A DNA stretch of 64,000 nucleotides from IMG/VR virus record IMGVR_UViG_3300012973_000875; one strand, written 5' to 3'. The position numbers and the translations under genes are program-made. This stretch comes from an uncultured virus (IMG/VR IMGVR_UViG_3300012973_000875) (Duplodnaviria; Heunggongvirae; Uroviricota; Caudoviricetes). The notes under the pieces were generated by a model. The model worked only from the letters and a program-made list of their open reading frames with translations, searched no databases and was not told where the DNA came from. The first letter of the stretch is position 1, and each line of letters starts with the position of its first letter. Shown piece after piece: positions 17,884 through 27,832 of this stretch.

Positions 17884-18579
17884 ATGGCTCGACCCAAGCG
17901 CATCCACGCCCTGGCCTTCGACGTCTTCGGCACGGTCGCCGACTGGCGGGGCTCGATCGTTGTGGCCGGTCAGCAGGCGGCCCCCGAGGCTGACTACGAC
18001 TGGGCCGCCTTCGCCGACGCCTGGATGCGGGAGTACGGCAAGGCCGTGCAGCACTTCCGCGAGGACTGGCAGCCGCTGGCGACCCTGCTGCGGCATGCCT
18101 GCTACGACCTGGTCAGCCGCACCAAGCCGTTCCCGGCGCTGTCCTCCGACGCCCTGTACGACCTGGCCAAGACCTGGGGCCACCTCCGGCCGCATCCCGA
18201 CGCGGTCTCGGCCTTCGCCAAGCTCGGCAAGACGACCGTCGACCTGATCGCCTTCACCAACGCCGACACGGCGATGTGCAAGAGCCTGCACACGTCGCTC
18301 GGCTTGCCCTTCGACGAGTGGGTCTCCAGCGAGTCGGTCCAGCAGTACAAGCCGGCGCCGGAGTTCTACCGCTACCTGATCAACGGCACGGTCGGGCCCC
18401 CCACGGGCCTGATGCTGGTCGCCGCCCACACGTTCGACCTCAACGAGGCGCACCGGCAGGGCATCCGGACCGCGCTGATCCTGCGGCCCGACGAGCCCGG
18501 CTCCGATCCGCGTGGGTTGGACCACGAGCCCGAGTACATCGTTCCCGACCTCGACGCCCTAATGGAGAAGCTCCTGTGA
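17884..18579 (+). CDS. HAD-superfamily hydrolase, haloacid dehalogenase type II-like
   Basis: FDVFGTVADW (motif I), FTN (II), YKPAPEFY (III), VAAHTFDL (IV). Confidence 0.9.
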   Translation: MARPKRIHALAFDVFGTVADWRGSIVVAGQQAAPEADYDWAAFADAWMREYGKAVQHFREDWQPLATLLRHACYDLVSRTKPFPALSSDALYDLAKTWGHLRPHPDAVSAFAKLGKTTVDLIAFTNADTAMCKSLHTSLGLPFDEWVSSESVQQYKPAPEFYRYLINGTVGPPTGLMLVAAHTFDLNEAHRQGIRTALILRPDEPGSDPRGLDHEPEYIVPDLDALMEKLL

Positions 18580-19175
18580 GTACAACCGAGACGTTTGAGG
18601 CCCTGCGAGACGGTAGGCCCGTTGACCGCGACGACGTGCAATGCTTTGCCGCCGACGTGGCGGTTGCCGCCCTGGCGGCGGAGCAGCAGCACGGTGTCTA
18701 CTTCCAGGTCGAATATGTCGCGACCACGCCCGTCTTCTCGACGGTTCGGGCGATCACAGCGGCGGCCTGCCTGGACGACGCTGCCGACGATGAGGACAAG
18801 CGTGCTTTGACGCTTCGTGGGATGCGGGGCGCGCTCATCGCATCGCGGTACATCCCTGCCGAGGCGCTGACGTTGCTCCATGAGTGGGCAGGGGATGATC
18901 GGGCGCGGAATCGCGACATCCGGCGGGTGGCCGCGATGCTCGACACCAACATTGCCTCGCTGTGCTACACGCATAATCTCGCTGGGCGACAGATCATGCA
19001 GAACTGCGCCCTGGCCTGCGGCGACGATCCCGATAAAGCGGTCAGGACCAAACTCCCGGTGCTCATTTACAACGGCAAGCCGCTCTGTGAGATGACGGAC
19101 GAGGAGGTCCGCGCGATTCCGCACGATCACGGCTGCCCGCAGGGCAGTGCTCCCCCGGAAGGACCGACCCAGTGA
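18576..19175 (+). CDS. Hypothetical protein
   Basis: GTGA-coupled to the HAD gene, GGAG RBS. Confidence 0.65.
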   Translation: MSTTETFEALRDGRPVDRDDVQCFAADVAVAALAAEQQHGVYFQVEYVATTPVFSTVRAITAAACLDDAADDEDKRALTLRGMRGALIASRYIPAEALTLLHEWAGDDRARNRDIRRVAAMLDTNIASLCYTHNLAGRQIMQNCALACGDDPDKAVRTKLPVLIYNGKPLCEMTDEEVRAIPHDHGCPQGSAPPEGPTQ

Positions 19176-19504
19176 GATCGACCCTGGACATCCTGATCGC
19201 GGTCAAGGACCGGCAACCTGTCGAGCCGGAAGAACTCCGGCTCGCACTTCTGGTCATGGACTTCTGCTGCCATCAGGCCGAGCACCGGATGCGGACGATG
19301 GCCGAGAAGATCGAGGCCGGCACCAAGTCCAACTCGATCGTCGCCGGCTTGCAGGCCCAGTTCTCCAAGCAGACCATCGAGTCGAACTGGACCGCCAGGC
19401 GGGCCGACCCGGAGGTGTTCCTGGGGCCGACGAACATTCCCGGCAACCCCGAGCACGACACGCGGTACGACGCGATGAAGACGTGGACCGACAAACTTGT
19501 GTGA
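19172..19504 (+). CDS. Hypothetical protein
   Basis: GTGA-coupled; AAGGA RBS. Confidence 0.7.
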   Translation: MRSTLDILIAVKDRQPVEPEELRLALLVMDFCCHQAEHRMRTMAEKIEAGTKSNSIVAGLQAQFSKQTIESNWTARRADPEVFLGPTNIPGNPEHDTRYDAMKTWTDKLV

Positions 19505-19647
19505 TCACTCCGAGAACCTCGGTGAGTGTGTGAGTCCGCTAATAGTTACTATGTTTCATTCGTTCTGTCTGACCCCGCATAACCGGCAAAGTCAGGCCGA
19601 GACGAAGGGATTGATTTGATGGCATCGGCCGAACGGAAGGCTCGGTC

Positions 19648-20178
19648 ATGAGAACCGTCACATTCTCCTGTCCCGCGTGCCGCCGCCAGCATGTCGAGGA
19701 CCTGGTGCGCAACCACAAGGTCCGCTGCGGCGGGGCGGACCGCGATGTCTACTTCACTGCGGCATGGAGGCCGACCTTGGACGCAACCGAATGGGAGGGG
19801 CGGGAGAGGCCCGCCAACCCGCTCGTGGCGATCAGTCTCGTGCTGGGGCTGCTGGCCATCCCGATCGGTCTGTTCGTCTGGTACTACACTCACCCGGGGA
19901 AGCTCCCCCAGGAGCCCGCCGTGATCACGGATCTGGCCGTCCTGCTGAACGAGGACCACCACTGGCGGCACAAGGCGACCGGCCAGTGGGTCGAGCTAGT
20001 CGACTACACGATCCGGGCCGAGGGGGCCAAGGCCACGGCGACCTACCGCGTCCTGGGTGGTGACCGCACCGAGCACGTGATCACCCAGGCTCACCTCAAG
20101 GAAGAGTACGAGCCGGCGTCGCAATGGATGGCGGTCCAGAACCAGCAACTTCCAGGAGCCACCGATGGCGTGCAGTGA
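19648..20178 (+). CDS. Membrane-anchored hypothetical protein with N-terminal CxxC
   Basis: CPACR; central hydrophobic helix. Confidence 0.7.
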   Translation: MRTVTFSCPACRRQHVEDLVRNHKVRCGGADRDVYFTAAWRPTLDATEWEGRERPANPLVAISLVLGLLAIPIGLFVWYYTHPGKLPQEPAVITDLAVLLNEDHHWRHKATGQWVELVDYTIRAEGAKATATYRVLGGDRTEHVITQAHLKEEYEPASQWMAVQNQQLPGATDGVQ

Positions 20179-21130
20179 CGAGCAGTTCGACCAGCCGCTG
20201 GGCGTCCACGGCGTCGACGATCTCAAGGACATTCCGCGACCAACCCCGATCACCGCCACGCTCAAGGCCGACTTTGCCAAGGCAGGGGTCAAGATCGACC
20301 GTACCCCGGCGGAGCTAATCGGTGCGGTGATGACGTGGCAGATGGTCGCGGCCCCCGCGACGATCCTGACGCAGGTCACCCGCACGACACAGACCAGCCT
20401 GGGCGACCCGGTGATTCGCGGGCTGCTCCACGGGGCCGAGGTCTTCTACGGCGAGGAGACCTTCCTGGCCCACTTCCGGCCGCTGGCGGTGCCCACGGGG
20501 ACCACATTCCCCGAGAGTGAACTGGCAGGCTCGGGCCCCTGGTGGCATGACGGTACGCAGGACTGGTATTTCGTCACCGGTATCTCGACCTGTTCGACCA
20601 ACGGGCCGCGTGACGGCAAGGAGCGGGTGGTGCACTACTACTCGCAGACCCGGAAGGAGCCCCGCCACCGCGAGATCGGCGAGTTCCTCGACGGCCGCTT
20701 CCTGCCGCTACGGTGTGCCCCGGCGGCGGCCCGGCAACAGCTACCGCTGGCGATCCAGCCGTTCCCGCTTCACTACACGACACTGGGCCCCGCCGCCCAG
20801 CCGCAGCCGGCCGTGACGTATGGACCGATAGTCGATGCGGACGGCACGCCGCGCAGTGCGACGACCTGGTGGTCGGCAGCGCGGCATCGCTGGGTGACCG
20901 TGGTGAGCGCGACCCCGATCGTAGAGGACACCCCGGTGTGCTGGATCGGGTTCGTCGAGTGGCACGACCCGGTCGCGATGCCCCGTCGTTGCCCCTGGAT
21001 GCGCCGCGAGGAGTTCCTGGACGAGTTCACCGCGATCGGCCACGTGGACACGTCGCTGCGGGAGCGAACGCTCCCCTCAGCGACCCGGATGCACGCCCTG
21101 TTCAAGGAGTGGGAGCGGGACAATGCCTAG
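20165..21130 (+). CDS. Multi-module hypothetical protein, central DUF1653-like region
   Basis: YFVTGIS...ERVVHYYS....HREIGEFLDGRF. Confidence 0.65.
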   Translation: MACSDEQFDQPLGVHGVDDLKDIPRPTPITATLKADFAKAGVKIDRTPAELIGAVMTWQMVAAPATILTQVTRTTQTSLGDPVIRGLLHGAEVFYGEETFLAHFRPLAVPTGTTFPESELAGSGPWWHDGTQDWYFVTGISTCSTNGPRDGKERVVHYYSQTRKEPRHREIGEFLDGRFLPLRCAPAAARQQLPLAIQPFPLHYTTLGPAAQPQPAVTYGPIVDADGTPRSATTWWSAARHRWVTVVSATPIVEDTPVCWIGFVEWHDPVAMPRRCPWMRREEFLDEFTAIGHVDTSLRERTLPSATRMHALFKEWERDNA

Positions 21131-21758
21131 CCCCAGTGAGTCCGCCCCGGACCGGCTCCGCGTGGTGCCGGCCCCTGCCCCTGGCTGCGGCACGCGGCCA
21201 GGCTGCACGACCTGCTCCAACCCCAAACGAGCCACACCGCCCATGCTCAACCTGCTTCAGAAGCTGCACGCGATCGCCGTCTCCGACGCCGTGACCATCT
21301 GGCACTACCCGGCGAGTCACGAGGACAAGAAGTTCGTCTACTGGACGGCGAAGGAGTACGCCGACGGCCACAAGGGGCACTGGTACGCCACCCTGGAGGC
21401 CCTGATCGAGGCGGCCTACGCGGTGATCGACCCGCTCGCGAGGCCAATGCCCGCGTTCCGCGATCCGGCGGCGGGCGCCCTGGTCAACGACTTCCCGCTG
21501 GGGGACCTGCACTGGGATCAGCAGGAGCACCGGTGGCTGGTGTTCGTGGGGCACGACCCGATGAACCCCCACGCCTACGTCTTCGCGACCTCCGGTTCCC
21601 TGGGCCGCGATCGCTGGAACTACCACACCTTCCCCACGACGCACTTCGACCGCGAGCGGTACATCCGCAAGGTCGACATGCCGGGTGACATGATCTGCTC
21701 GAACTGGCCGAGCGACGCCGCCATCGCCGCGTTGATCCGACCCCGCACGGCCGATTAA
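21123..21758 (+). CDS. Hypothetical protein
   Basis: GC3 bias; alternative start at 21243. Confidence 0.7.
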   Translation: MPSPSESAPDRLRVVPAPAPGCGTRPGCTTCSNPKRATPPMLNLLQKLHAIAVSDAVTIWHYPASHEDKKFVYWTAKEYADGHKGHWYATLEALIEAAYAVIDPLARPMPAFRDPAAGALVNDFPLGDLHWDQQEHRWLVFVGHDPMNPHAYVFATSGSLGRDRWNYHTFPTTHFDRERYIRKVDMPGDMICSNWPSDAAIAALIRPRTAD

Positions 21759-21768
21759 CGTTTATCGG
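21751..21768. promoter_or_regulatory. AT-rich palindromic site, copy 3
   Basis: ccgATTAACGTTTATcgg, overlapping a stop codon and 15 bp upstream of a -35 box. Confidence 0.65.
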
Positions 21769-21783
21769 CTCCGAGGGCCGTCC

Positions 21784-21812
21784 TTGACAGGTCCCCGGAG
21801 CCCCCTTACGCT
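21784..21812 (+). promoter_or_regulatory. Sigma70-type promoter
   Basis: TTGACA, 17 bp spacer, TACGCT. Confidence 0.65.
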
Positions 21813-21855
21813 CGGAGGAGCGACCCAACCCTGTCGCCACATGGAGGTAGCGACC

Positions 21856-22383
21856 GTGGACATCCTCAGCCCGCTGAACGTCATCAAGCCGTTCACCTTC
21901 GCGGCGATCGACCCGCCGGAGGAAAGCTCGGACGGCTCGTCCGGGTCCTCGGTGTACGTCCCGCCGGAGGAAAGCAGCGAGGAAAGCTCGTCGGTCTACC
22001 TCCCGCCCGAGGAAAGTTCCGAGAGCGAGAGCGAGGGGCCCGACCCCGAGCCGGGCGATCCCGGCACGATCGTCGGCGCCCCGGCCACCGTCGTGGTCCG
22101 CACCCAGTTGATCGTCCGGGGTGACCTCAAGCGGGTCGTCGGCTACCAGCAGTTCACCGCGACCTCGCTGGGCGTCTTCAAGATCGAGAGTGGCGAGGCC
22201 GACCCCGAGACCACGATCGTGCTGGTGGCCCTGGACGACCGGGGCAAGGAGACGGTCGTCGGCCTCGCCCGGGGCGACGCGGTCTACGCGCCCAGCCTGG
22301 CCGCCGGTCGCTACATCGCCTATCTGGCCACGGACACCGCAGGACGCAGAGCCCGGCCGATCACCGTACGTCGGCAATCCTGA
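21856..22383 (+). CDS. Hypothetical protein with PPEESS repeats
   Basis: GGAGGT + GTG start; three PPEESS units. Confidence 0.7.
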   Translation: MDILSPLNVIKPFTFAAIDPPEESSDGSSGSSVYVPPEESSEESSSVYLPPEESSESESEGPDPEPGDPGTIVGAPATVVVRTQLIVRGDLKRVVGYQQFTATSLGVFKIESGEADPETTIVLVALDDRGKETVVGLARGDAVYAPSLAAGRYIAYLATDTAGRRARPITVRRQS

Positions 22384-22416
22384 CCGGCAGATGCGCAGAA
22401 GGCAAGGAGGCCACCG

Positions 22417-25400
22417 ATGGACGAGGACTTCCGGTTCGGGATGAACACGAGTTTCTGGGCGTACTGGCAGCCCAACCGGTACTCCCGCGACCTGGTACGC
22501 ACCGGGTCGCTGCCGTTTGACATCCTGGCTTGCCAGACCGTCCTGGCGGAGGCGCACACCAGCGGCTCGGGCTACATCGACGTCGTCAACAGCGACGCCC
22601 TGATCGACGGTCAGCGGTACACGACCCCGGGGTACAACTCGGGCTCCGAGACGATCGCCGTCAAGAACGCCTCGGACAGCACCGGGTTCATCTGCCAGTA
22701 CAGCGTCATCCCCCGCACGGGGCGGGTCTACCTGCGGACGATGAGCGGCAGCTACACCGACGTCAATCTCGAAGCCGGATCGATCGTCGAGGCCCGCCGG
22801 GGCGGTTCGCCCTGGCAGTCGTCCTTCGGGATCGGCCTGTCCCTGATGCGCCCCGAGTTCCTCGCCGCCGGGGGCCGCAAGACAGGCTACCCCGACGGCC
22901 TGCTCGCGGGCCAGCAGATCTCGCTGACCTACACCCCCAAGCCGATCCTCGATGTCGGCTTCTTCATCCCGCTGTGCCAGGGGACCGGCAAGATCCGGCT
23001 CATGTCGCTCAAGATGGGCGGACCCAACGTCACGTTCAACTTCACCGACGGGGTCTGGACCAACACCGGGGTCTCGTTCCAACTCACCGAGGACCACGTC
23101 GGCTCGTCGATGACGATCACGATCACCGAGAGCCAGGTCGGCAACCCGATCCACGACATGCGGGTCATCGCGCCCGACGGGCCCGAGCACGTCGGCGCGA
23201 GCAGCATCTCGCTCTACCAGGCCAACGCGGCCAATCCCAACTACGACCTGCTCACCCCCGAGGTGGTCAACCGCCACAAGTTCTTCAGTCCGACCCGGTT
23301 CCTCCAGGCGGGCGGCGCCGACGCCGGCACGCCCTTCCGCGACTGGAGCACGGTCTCGCCGCACACGCTGCGGCCCGGCTGGACCTCCGCCGGGGGCTTC
23401 CCGCCGGCGATGATGATCGCGCTGTGCAACCAGGCCAACAGCCACGCCTGGTTCTGCATGCCGCACAACGTCACCGACGACTACGTCGACAACCTGGCGG
23501 CGTTGATTCGCGACACGCTCAAGGACGGTCTGCACGCCCACATCGAACTGGGCAATGAACTCTGGAACTTCGCCAACCCCTGGATCCACGGGCTGCGGCG
23601 GTACGCGGCGCTCTGGGCCGGCGAGGTCACCGGGGGCACGATCATCAGCGTGACCGGCACGACCGCCACGGCGCACCGCCAGGCGCCCCACGGCCTGACC
23701 GCCGGGGCCGACAACGTGCTGATCTCGATGGCTGCCGACAACCGCTTCAACGGCACGTTCGCGGTCCTCACGACGCCCACCCCGTCGTCGTTCACCTTCA
23801 CCGTCCCCTCGGGCACACCGGCGCAGGCCCTGCCGATCAACGACTGGCCGTTCGTCATGTCCTACAAGGCCGACGAGCACGTCAAGTCGATCCCCGACGC
23901 CACGATCAACTTCAAGAACGTGAGCGGGGCCTGGACGGTCTACCTCGACAGCATCGCCACGACGATCCCCGGCTGGACCCACAACACGGGCGACTGCGTG
24001 CTGCTCTCGGGCTTCGACGACCCGGCGGCCAACGGCTTCTACTACATCGCCAAGCCGACCTCGGGGGCCTACAACGGCAAGGACGTCCTGGAGATCTGCC
24101 TGCGGACCTTCCAGCCCGTGCCCGCCATGGCCAACGGCGACAACTACCTGGCGTCCAAGTCCGGTGGCGGCGGCATCAAGCTCCGCCGGGTCATCGGCAA
24201 CAACGTCGTCGCGCCCGCCGACGCGATCGCCCCGGTCCCGGCGGCGCAGGGCTACCTCATGCTCCAGAGCCGCTACTTCCACGATCGGATGATCGCGATC
24301 GCCGGGAGTGCCGATGCCGGGGGCAAGCTCATCCGCCAGCTTTGCTTCGGCGTGCCCAACAGCGGCGCCGACGTGACGCGGATGCTCAACCTCTACAAGG
24401 GGGCCGACGCGAGCCTGCCCCCCTTCACCCACGCGGGGTGCGCCCCCTACTTCCAGTTGACCTCGCCGCTGTCGATCAACGGGTTCGCCGGCACCCGCCG
24501 GAACATCGACCCGGGGTCGGGCGACGGCAGCCTGAGTTACGCCGACGGCGTGGTCACGGTCGTCACCAGCAGCAACCACGGCTGGGCGACCGACGACCGG
24601 GTCCAGATCTACCACGTGGCCGATCCGGCCTACTGCGGTGTCTTCCCGATCACGGTCGTCAACGCGACGACCTTCACCTACGTCCCGGTGACCACGCCGA
24701 CGGTGACGCCGGCCGTGCCGGCCTACTCGGTCGCCGGCACCTACGCCAATCAGATCATGCGGGCCTGCCTGGCCTCGACGATGAGCCTCCGCGAGGCGAT
24801 CGCGCTGAGCCGTGACGGCCTGACGCTCACGGTCACCAGCCCCGGGCACGGGTTCACGACCTCGACCTCGGTCCGGATGGTCGCCGTGGACCAGGTCGGC
24901 TACCGCCGGGACTACACGGCGACCCGGATCGACGACAACCAGTTCACGGTCACGCTCCCCTCCGACCTGGGCGATCCGGCCTCGATCTGGACGGCGACCG
25001 GCCAGCGGGTCTGGTTCTGCACGACGGCCGCCTACGACAGCATCGTCGACTCGATGATGACGTCGATCACGGTCAACGGGCAGACGGTCGTGAACCGCCA
25101 GGCCATCCCGATCGCTGCCTTCGGCGCGATCCACAACTGCTACGAGGGGGGCCAGCACCTCGACGTCGCGGCCGTGGGCGACCACCCCGGGATCCGGGGG
25201 ATGTTCAACGACATCCAGTTCGACCAGCGGATGCGGACCCTGTTGATCCCGACGTGGATCGACATGCTCAAGAGCAACAACGTCGTCAACCTCTGCTACT
25301 ACAACCTGATCTGGCCTTACACCGGCACCGACTACTGGGGGGCGATGTCGAAGGAATACGACTTCGCCATGCCCAAGTGGCAGGCCCTGCTGGACAACCA

Positions 25401-25593
25401 GGGCGAGAACCCCGACCCGGCGGGCTCGGAGAGCAGCAGTTCCGACGACGGCGGCGGGCCGGGGCCCGACCCCGACCCCGACCCCGAGTCGAGCAGCGTG
25501 TCGAGTTCCGCCACGGAGCCCGTGCGGCGGCGGCTGGTGCTGCGGACGGCCGGCGGGCGGCTCCGCTGGGCGTTTGTCCCGTCGGAAGGGTAA
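22417..25593 (+). CDS. Putative tail-associated clan GH-A-like glycoside hydrolase with inserted beta-rich repeats
   Basis: MIALCNQ..SHAWFCMPH, IELGNELWN (acid/base-like NE), CYEGGQH (nucleophile-like E), YWG; 3-4 T.T...HG....D.V.I......NG.F.V......FT repeats. Confidence 0.65.
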   Translation: MDEDFRFGMNTSFWAYWQPNRYSRDLVRTGSLPFDILACQTVLAEAHTSGSGYIDVVNSDALIDGQRYTTPGYNSGSETIAVKNASDSTGFICQYSVIPRTGRVYLRTMSGSYTDVNLEAGSIVEARRGGSPWQSSFGIGLSLMRPEFLAAGGRKTGYPDGLLAGQQISLTYTPKPILDVGFFIPLCQGTGKIRLMSLKMGGPNVTFNFTDGVWTNTGVSFQLTEDHVGSSMTITITESQVGNPIHDMRVIAPDGPEHVGASSISLYQANAANPNYDLLTPEVVNRHKFFSPTRFLQAGGADAGTPFRDWSTVSPHTLRPGWTSAGGFPPAMMIALCNQANSHAWFCMPHNVTDDYVDNLAALIRDTLKDGLHAHIELGNELWNFANPWIHGLRRYAALWAGEVTGGTIISVTGTTATAHRQAPHGLTAGADNVLISMAADNRFNGTFAVLTTPTPSSFTFTVPSGTPAQALPINDWPFVMSYKADEHVKSIPDATINFKNVSGAWTVYLDSIATTIPGWTHNTGDCVLLSGFDDPAANGFYYIAKPTSGAYNGKDVLEICLRTFQPVPAMANGDNYLASKSGGGGIKLRRVIGNNVVAPADAIAPVPAAQGYLMLQSRYFHDRMIAIAGSADAGGKLIRQLCFGVPNSGADVTRMLNLYKGADASLPPFTHAGCAPYFQLTSPLSINGFAGTRRNIDPGSGDGSLSYADGVVTVVTSSNHGWATDDRVQIYHVADPAYCGVFPITVVNATTFTYVPVTTPTVTPAVPAYSVAGTYANQIMRACLASTMSLREAIALSRDGLTLTVTSPGHGFTTSTSVRMVAVDQVGYRRDYTATRIDDNQFTVTLPSDLGDPASIWTATGQRVWFCTTAAYDSIVDSMMTSITVNGQTVVNRQAIPIAAFGAIHNCYEGGQHLDVAAVGDHPGIRGMFNDIQFDQRMRTLLIPTWIDMLKSNNVVNLCYYNLIWPYTGTDYWGAMSKEYDFAMPKWQALLDNQGENPDPAGSESSSSDDGGGPGPDPDPDPESSSVSSSATEPVRRRLVLRTAGGRLRWAFVPSEG

Positions 25594-25657
25594 CCGCTGC
25601 GGTACAATCGCGGTGGACGTGGACGGATCCCGTAGTGCCTAGCCAGGGAGTGCGCCA

Positions 25658-27796
25658 GTGGCCAATCCAAGCCTCGCCAAACCGACGAACCCGCGCTACG
25701 ACAGCGCGGGCAATGCCACGTTGGTCGCCTACGTCCCGCTCAACGAGGGGGTGGGCCTGCCGGCGGAGATCGTCAGCCTGGAGACGACCCCCAACTACGC
25801 CCCGATCCTGGGGGCGGCGCTGGAGGGCTACGGCCAGGGGGGCCCAGGCGCCCTGCCGGCCTGGGCCACGCTCAGCTTCGGGGACCTGACCGACACCCCG
25901 GTCCTGCGGTGCCGCTGGGGCACGCGGGGGCTGCGGTTCGCCGGGCGGAGCTTCACGTCGACCTCGGGGTCCTGGACGATCGCGGCCGTCTTCCGGCCCA
26001 TGGCGCCGGCCCGCGACCGCCAGTTCATGACGCTCTACGGCCAGACGTCGATCCAGTCGTCGTACAACATCCTGGCGAGCACTAGCTCGAACAACTCGGG
26101 CTGCGCCATCGCGCTGAACATCAACGAGCAGGGGACGATCCGCCTGGCCGAGTTGACAGGCAGCACGTTCGCGATCGCCAACAGCGGCTCGCCCTGGACG
26201 CTGACGGCCGGGCACGTCTACGCCGTCGCGATGACGTTCACCAACACGTCGGCCGGCCGGATCGTCAGTCTCTACGACTACACGACCCAGACCCTGGTCG
26301 CCGACAGCGTGGCCTACACCTCAGCGGGCACGGTCGGCTTCTTCACGAACCGCGAACTGTCGCTGGCGCCGGGCTTCTCGGGGGTGGGGACGCCGACCTT
26401 CCTCGGCGACATCGCCTGCGCCCTGCTCGACAGCACGACCTGGGCCAGCGGCACGAACACCAAGTTCGCCGACTTCTATGCCGACCCGAGTGTCTGGGCG
26501 CGGGGGACCGGCTACACCTCGACCTCCGGGGCGATGGTGACCGGGGCCCTGTTCACCGGCCGCCAGAGTGCCACCGAGATCGACCTGTCGTGCACCCGGC
26601 CCCAGGGGGGCACCTGGCCGGTCGCCGTCCAGTTGCACCGGGGCACGACCCCGGGCTTCACGCCCGATTCGGGGACGGCCCTGGCGGGCAAGACCGGCTC
26701 GTTCACCTCGGTGAACTCCAAGCCGATCACCTGGACCGACGACACCGATCCGCCCACCGACGCCGAGTTGTTCTACAAGGCGGTCTTCACCGACTCGGCC
26801 GGCTCGCCGCTGGTCGTGACGTCGGCCGATACCCAGGCGGCGACCTCGCGGGGCAGCGCCCGGCTCGGCTTCATCGGCGCGTCGATCGCGACGGCCGCCC
26901 CGGCGGCCATGGTGAGCTACCTCAACCGGACCGGGCTGCGGGCGGTCGTCATTGGCCAGACCACGACCCTGAACATGTCGGGCAACGGCGTCATCAGCAT
27001 CAAGCCCGGCACGTTCAGCCTGCGGTATCTGGGCGCGACGGCCTCGTCGGCCGGCAGTTTCACGCTCAACCCGTGGGGCACAGGCGCGACCGCGTCGCTG
27101 ACCTACAACGACTCGCCCGCCAACATCCAGTTGGCGCTCAACAACCTGGCGATCCCCGACGTCACGTTCTCCTGCTCGAACACGGCGCCCGGCACCGGCA
27201 CCAACGAGACCCAGATCACCGTGACCGGCTCGGGGGTCCCCGCCCCGTGGGGCGACAAGCAGATCGTCGTCACCCCGACCGGGTTCACCGCCGGCACCAC
27301 GTTGACCTGCCACTCCCCCTACGCGAACGCGGTCCACATCTTCACGAACCAGGGGGTCACCGACATCCTCCTCTGCCACGGGTTGAACGAGTCGGCCACG
27401 GGCACCGCCTACCGGACCCTGCTGGCGACCCTGGTCGACGACCTGGTCGCCTCCGGGTTCAACGTCTACATGGTGACCGACTACTACTTCAACACGATGG
27501 ACTCGAACAACGTCCGGACCGACCATACCAACGTGCGGCTGCTCGACGCCCGGAACCAGGCCGCCGCGCTCGACAACGGCACGACCCGGATCGACCTGGG
27601 GAGTCCGGCCAGTCGCTGGGTCAGCGGCAACCAGGCGTCCCTGTCGGCCGCCGCGCTGCCCCTGGCCAGCAACGACGTCTGGGCCGTGCTCGCCGAGAAG
27701 TGGCATCGCCGCACGGACCCGACGTTCTACGGTGTCCCGGGCGAGACGGTCTATGTCAACCGTGGGGGTTACCGGCCGTCGCGTAGCCGCCGTTGA
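25658..27796 (+). CDS. Thr/Ser/Gly-rich tail-like protein: LamG-like N-terminus, degenerate SGNH-like C-terminus
   Basis: LVAYVPLNEG.G start, WTIAAVFR; FIGASI and HGLNE blocks without a DxxH motif. Confidence 0.6.
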   Translation: MANPSLAKPTNPRYDSAGNATLVAYVPLNEGVGLPAEIVSLETTPNYAPILGAALEGYGQGGPGALPAWATLSFGDLTDTPVLRCRWGTRGLRFAGRSFTSTSGSWTIAAVFRPMAPARDRQFMTLYGQTSIQSSYNILASTSSNNSGCAIALNINEQGTIRLAELTGSTFAIANSGSPWTLTAGHVYAVAMTFTNTSAGRIVSLYDYTTQTLVADSVAYTSAGTVGFFTNRELSLAPGFSGVGTPTFLGDIACALLDSTTWASGTNTKFADFYADPSVWARGTGYTSTSGAMVTGALFTGRQSATEIDLSCTRPQGGTWPVAVQLHRGTTPGFTPDSGTALAGKTGSFTSVNSKPITWTDDTDPPTDAELFYKAVFTDSAGSPLVVTSADTQAATSRGSARLGFIGASIATAAPAAMVSYLNRTGLRAVVIGQTTTLNMSGNGVISIKPGTFSLRYLGATASSAGSFTLNPWGTGATASLTYNDSPANIQLALNNLAIPDVTFSCSNTAPGTGTNETQITVTGSGVPAPWGDKQIVVTPTGFTAGTTLTCHSPYANAVHIFTNQGVTDILLCHGLNESATGTAYRTLLATLVDDLVASGFNVYMVTDYYFNTMDSNNVRTDHTNVRLLDARNQAAALDNGTTRIDLGSPASRWVSGNQASLSAAALPLASNDVWAVLAEKWHRRTDPTFYGVPGETVYVNRGGYRPSRSRR

Positions 27797-27832
27797 GCAG
27801 ATCACCTTGCGTCCCTACTGAGGAGTTCCTGG

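Noticed and set aside
22530..23558. Long alternative plus-strand frames within real genes (also 14982..16442, 26590..27786, 35203..36543)
   Set aside because: R/P/G-rich stop-poor shifted frames expected in high-GC DNA; the main frame carries the coding signal, unlike the nested cases
21484..25185. 1233 aa minus-strand ORF (also 51550..55323, 33339..35270, 39237..41393, 60838..62610 and similar)
   Set aside because: Antisense shadows of GC3-rich plus-strand genes; R/G/V/D-rich with no motifs
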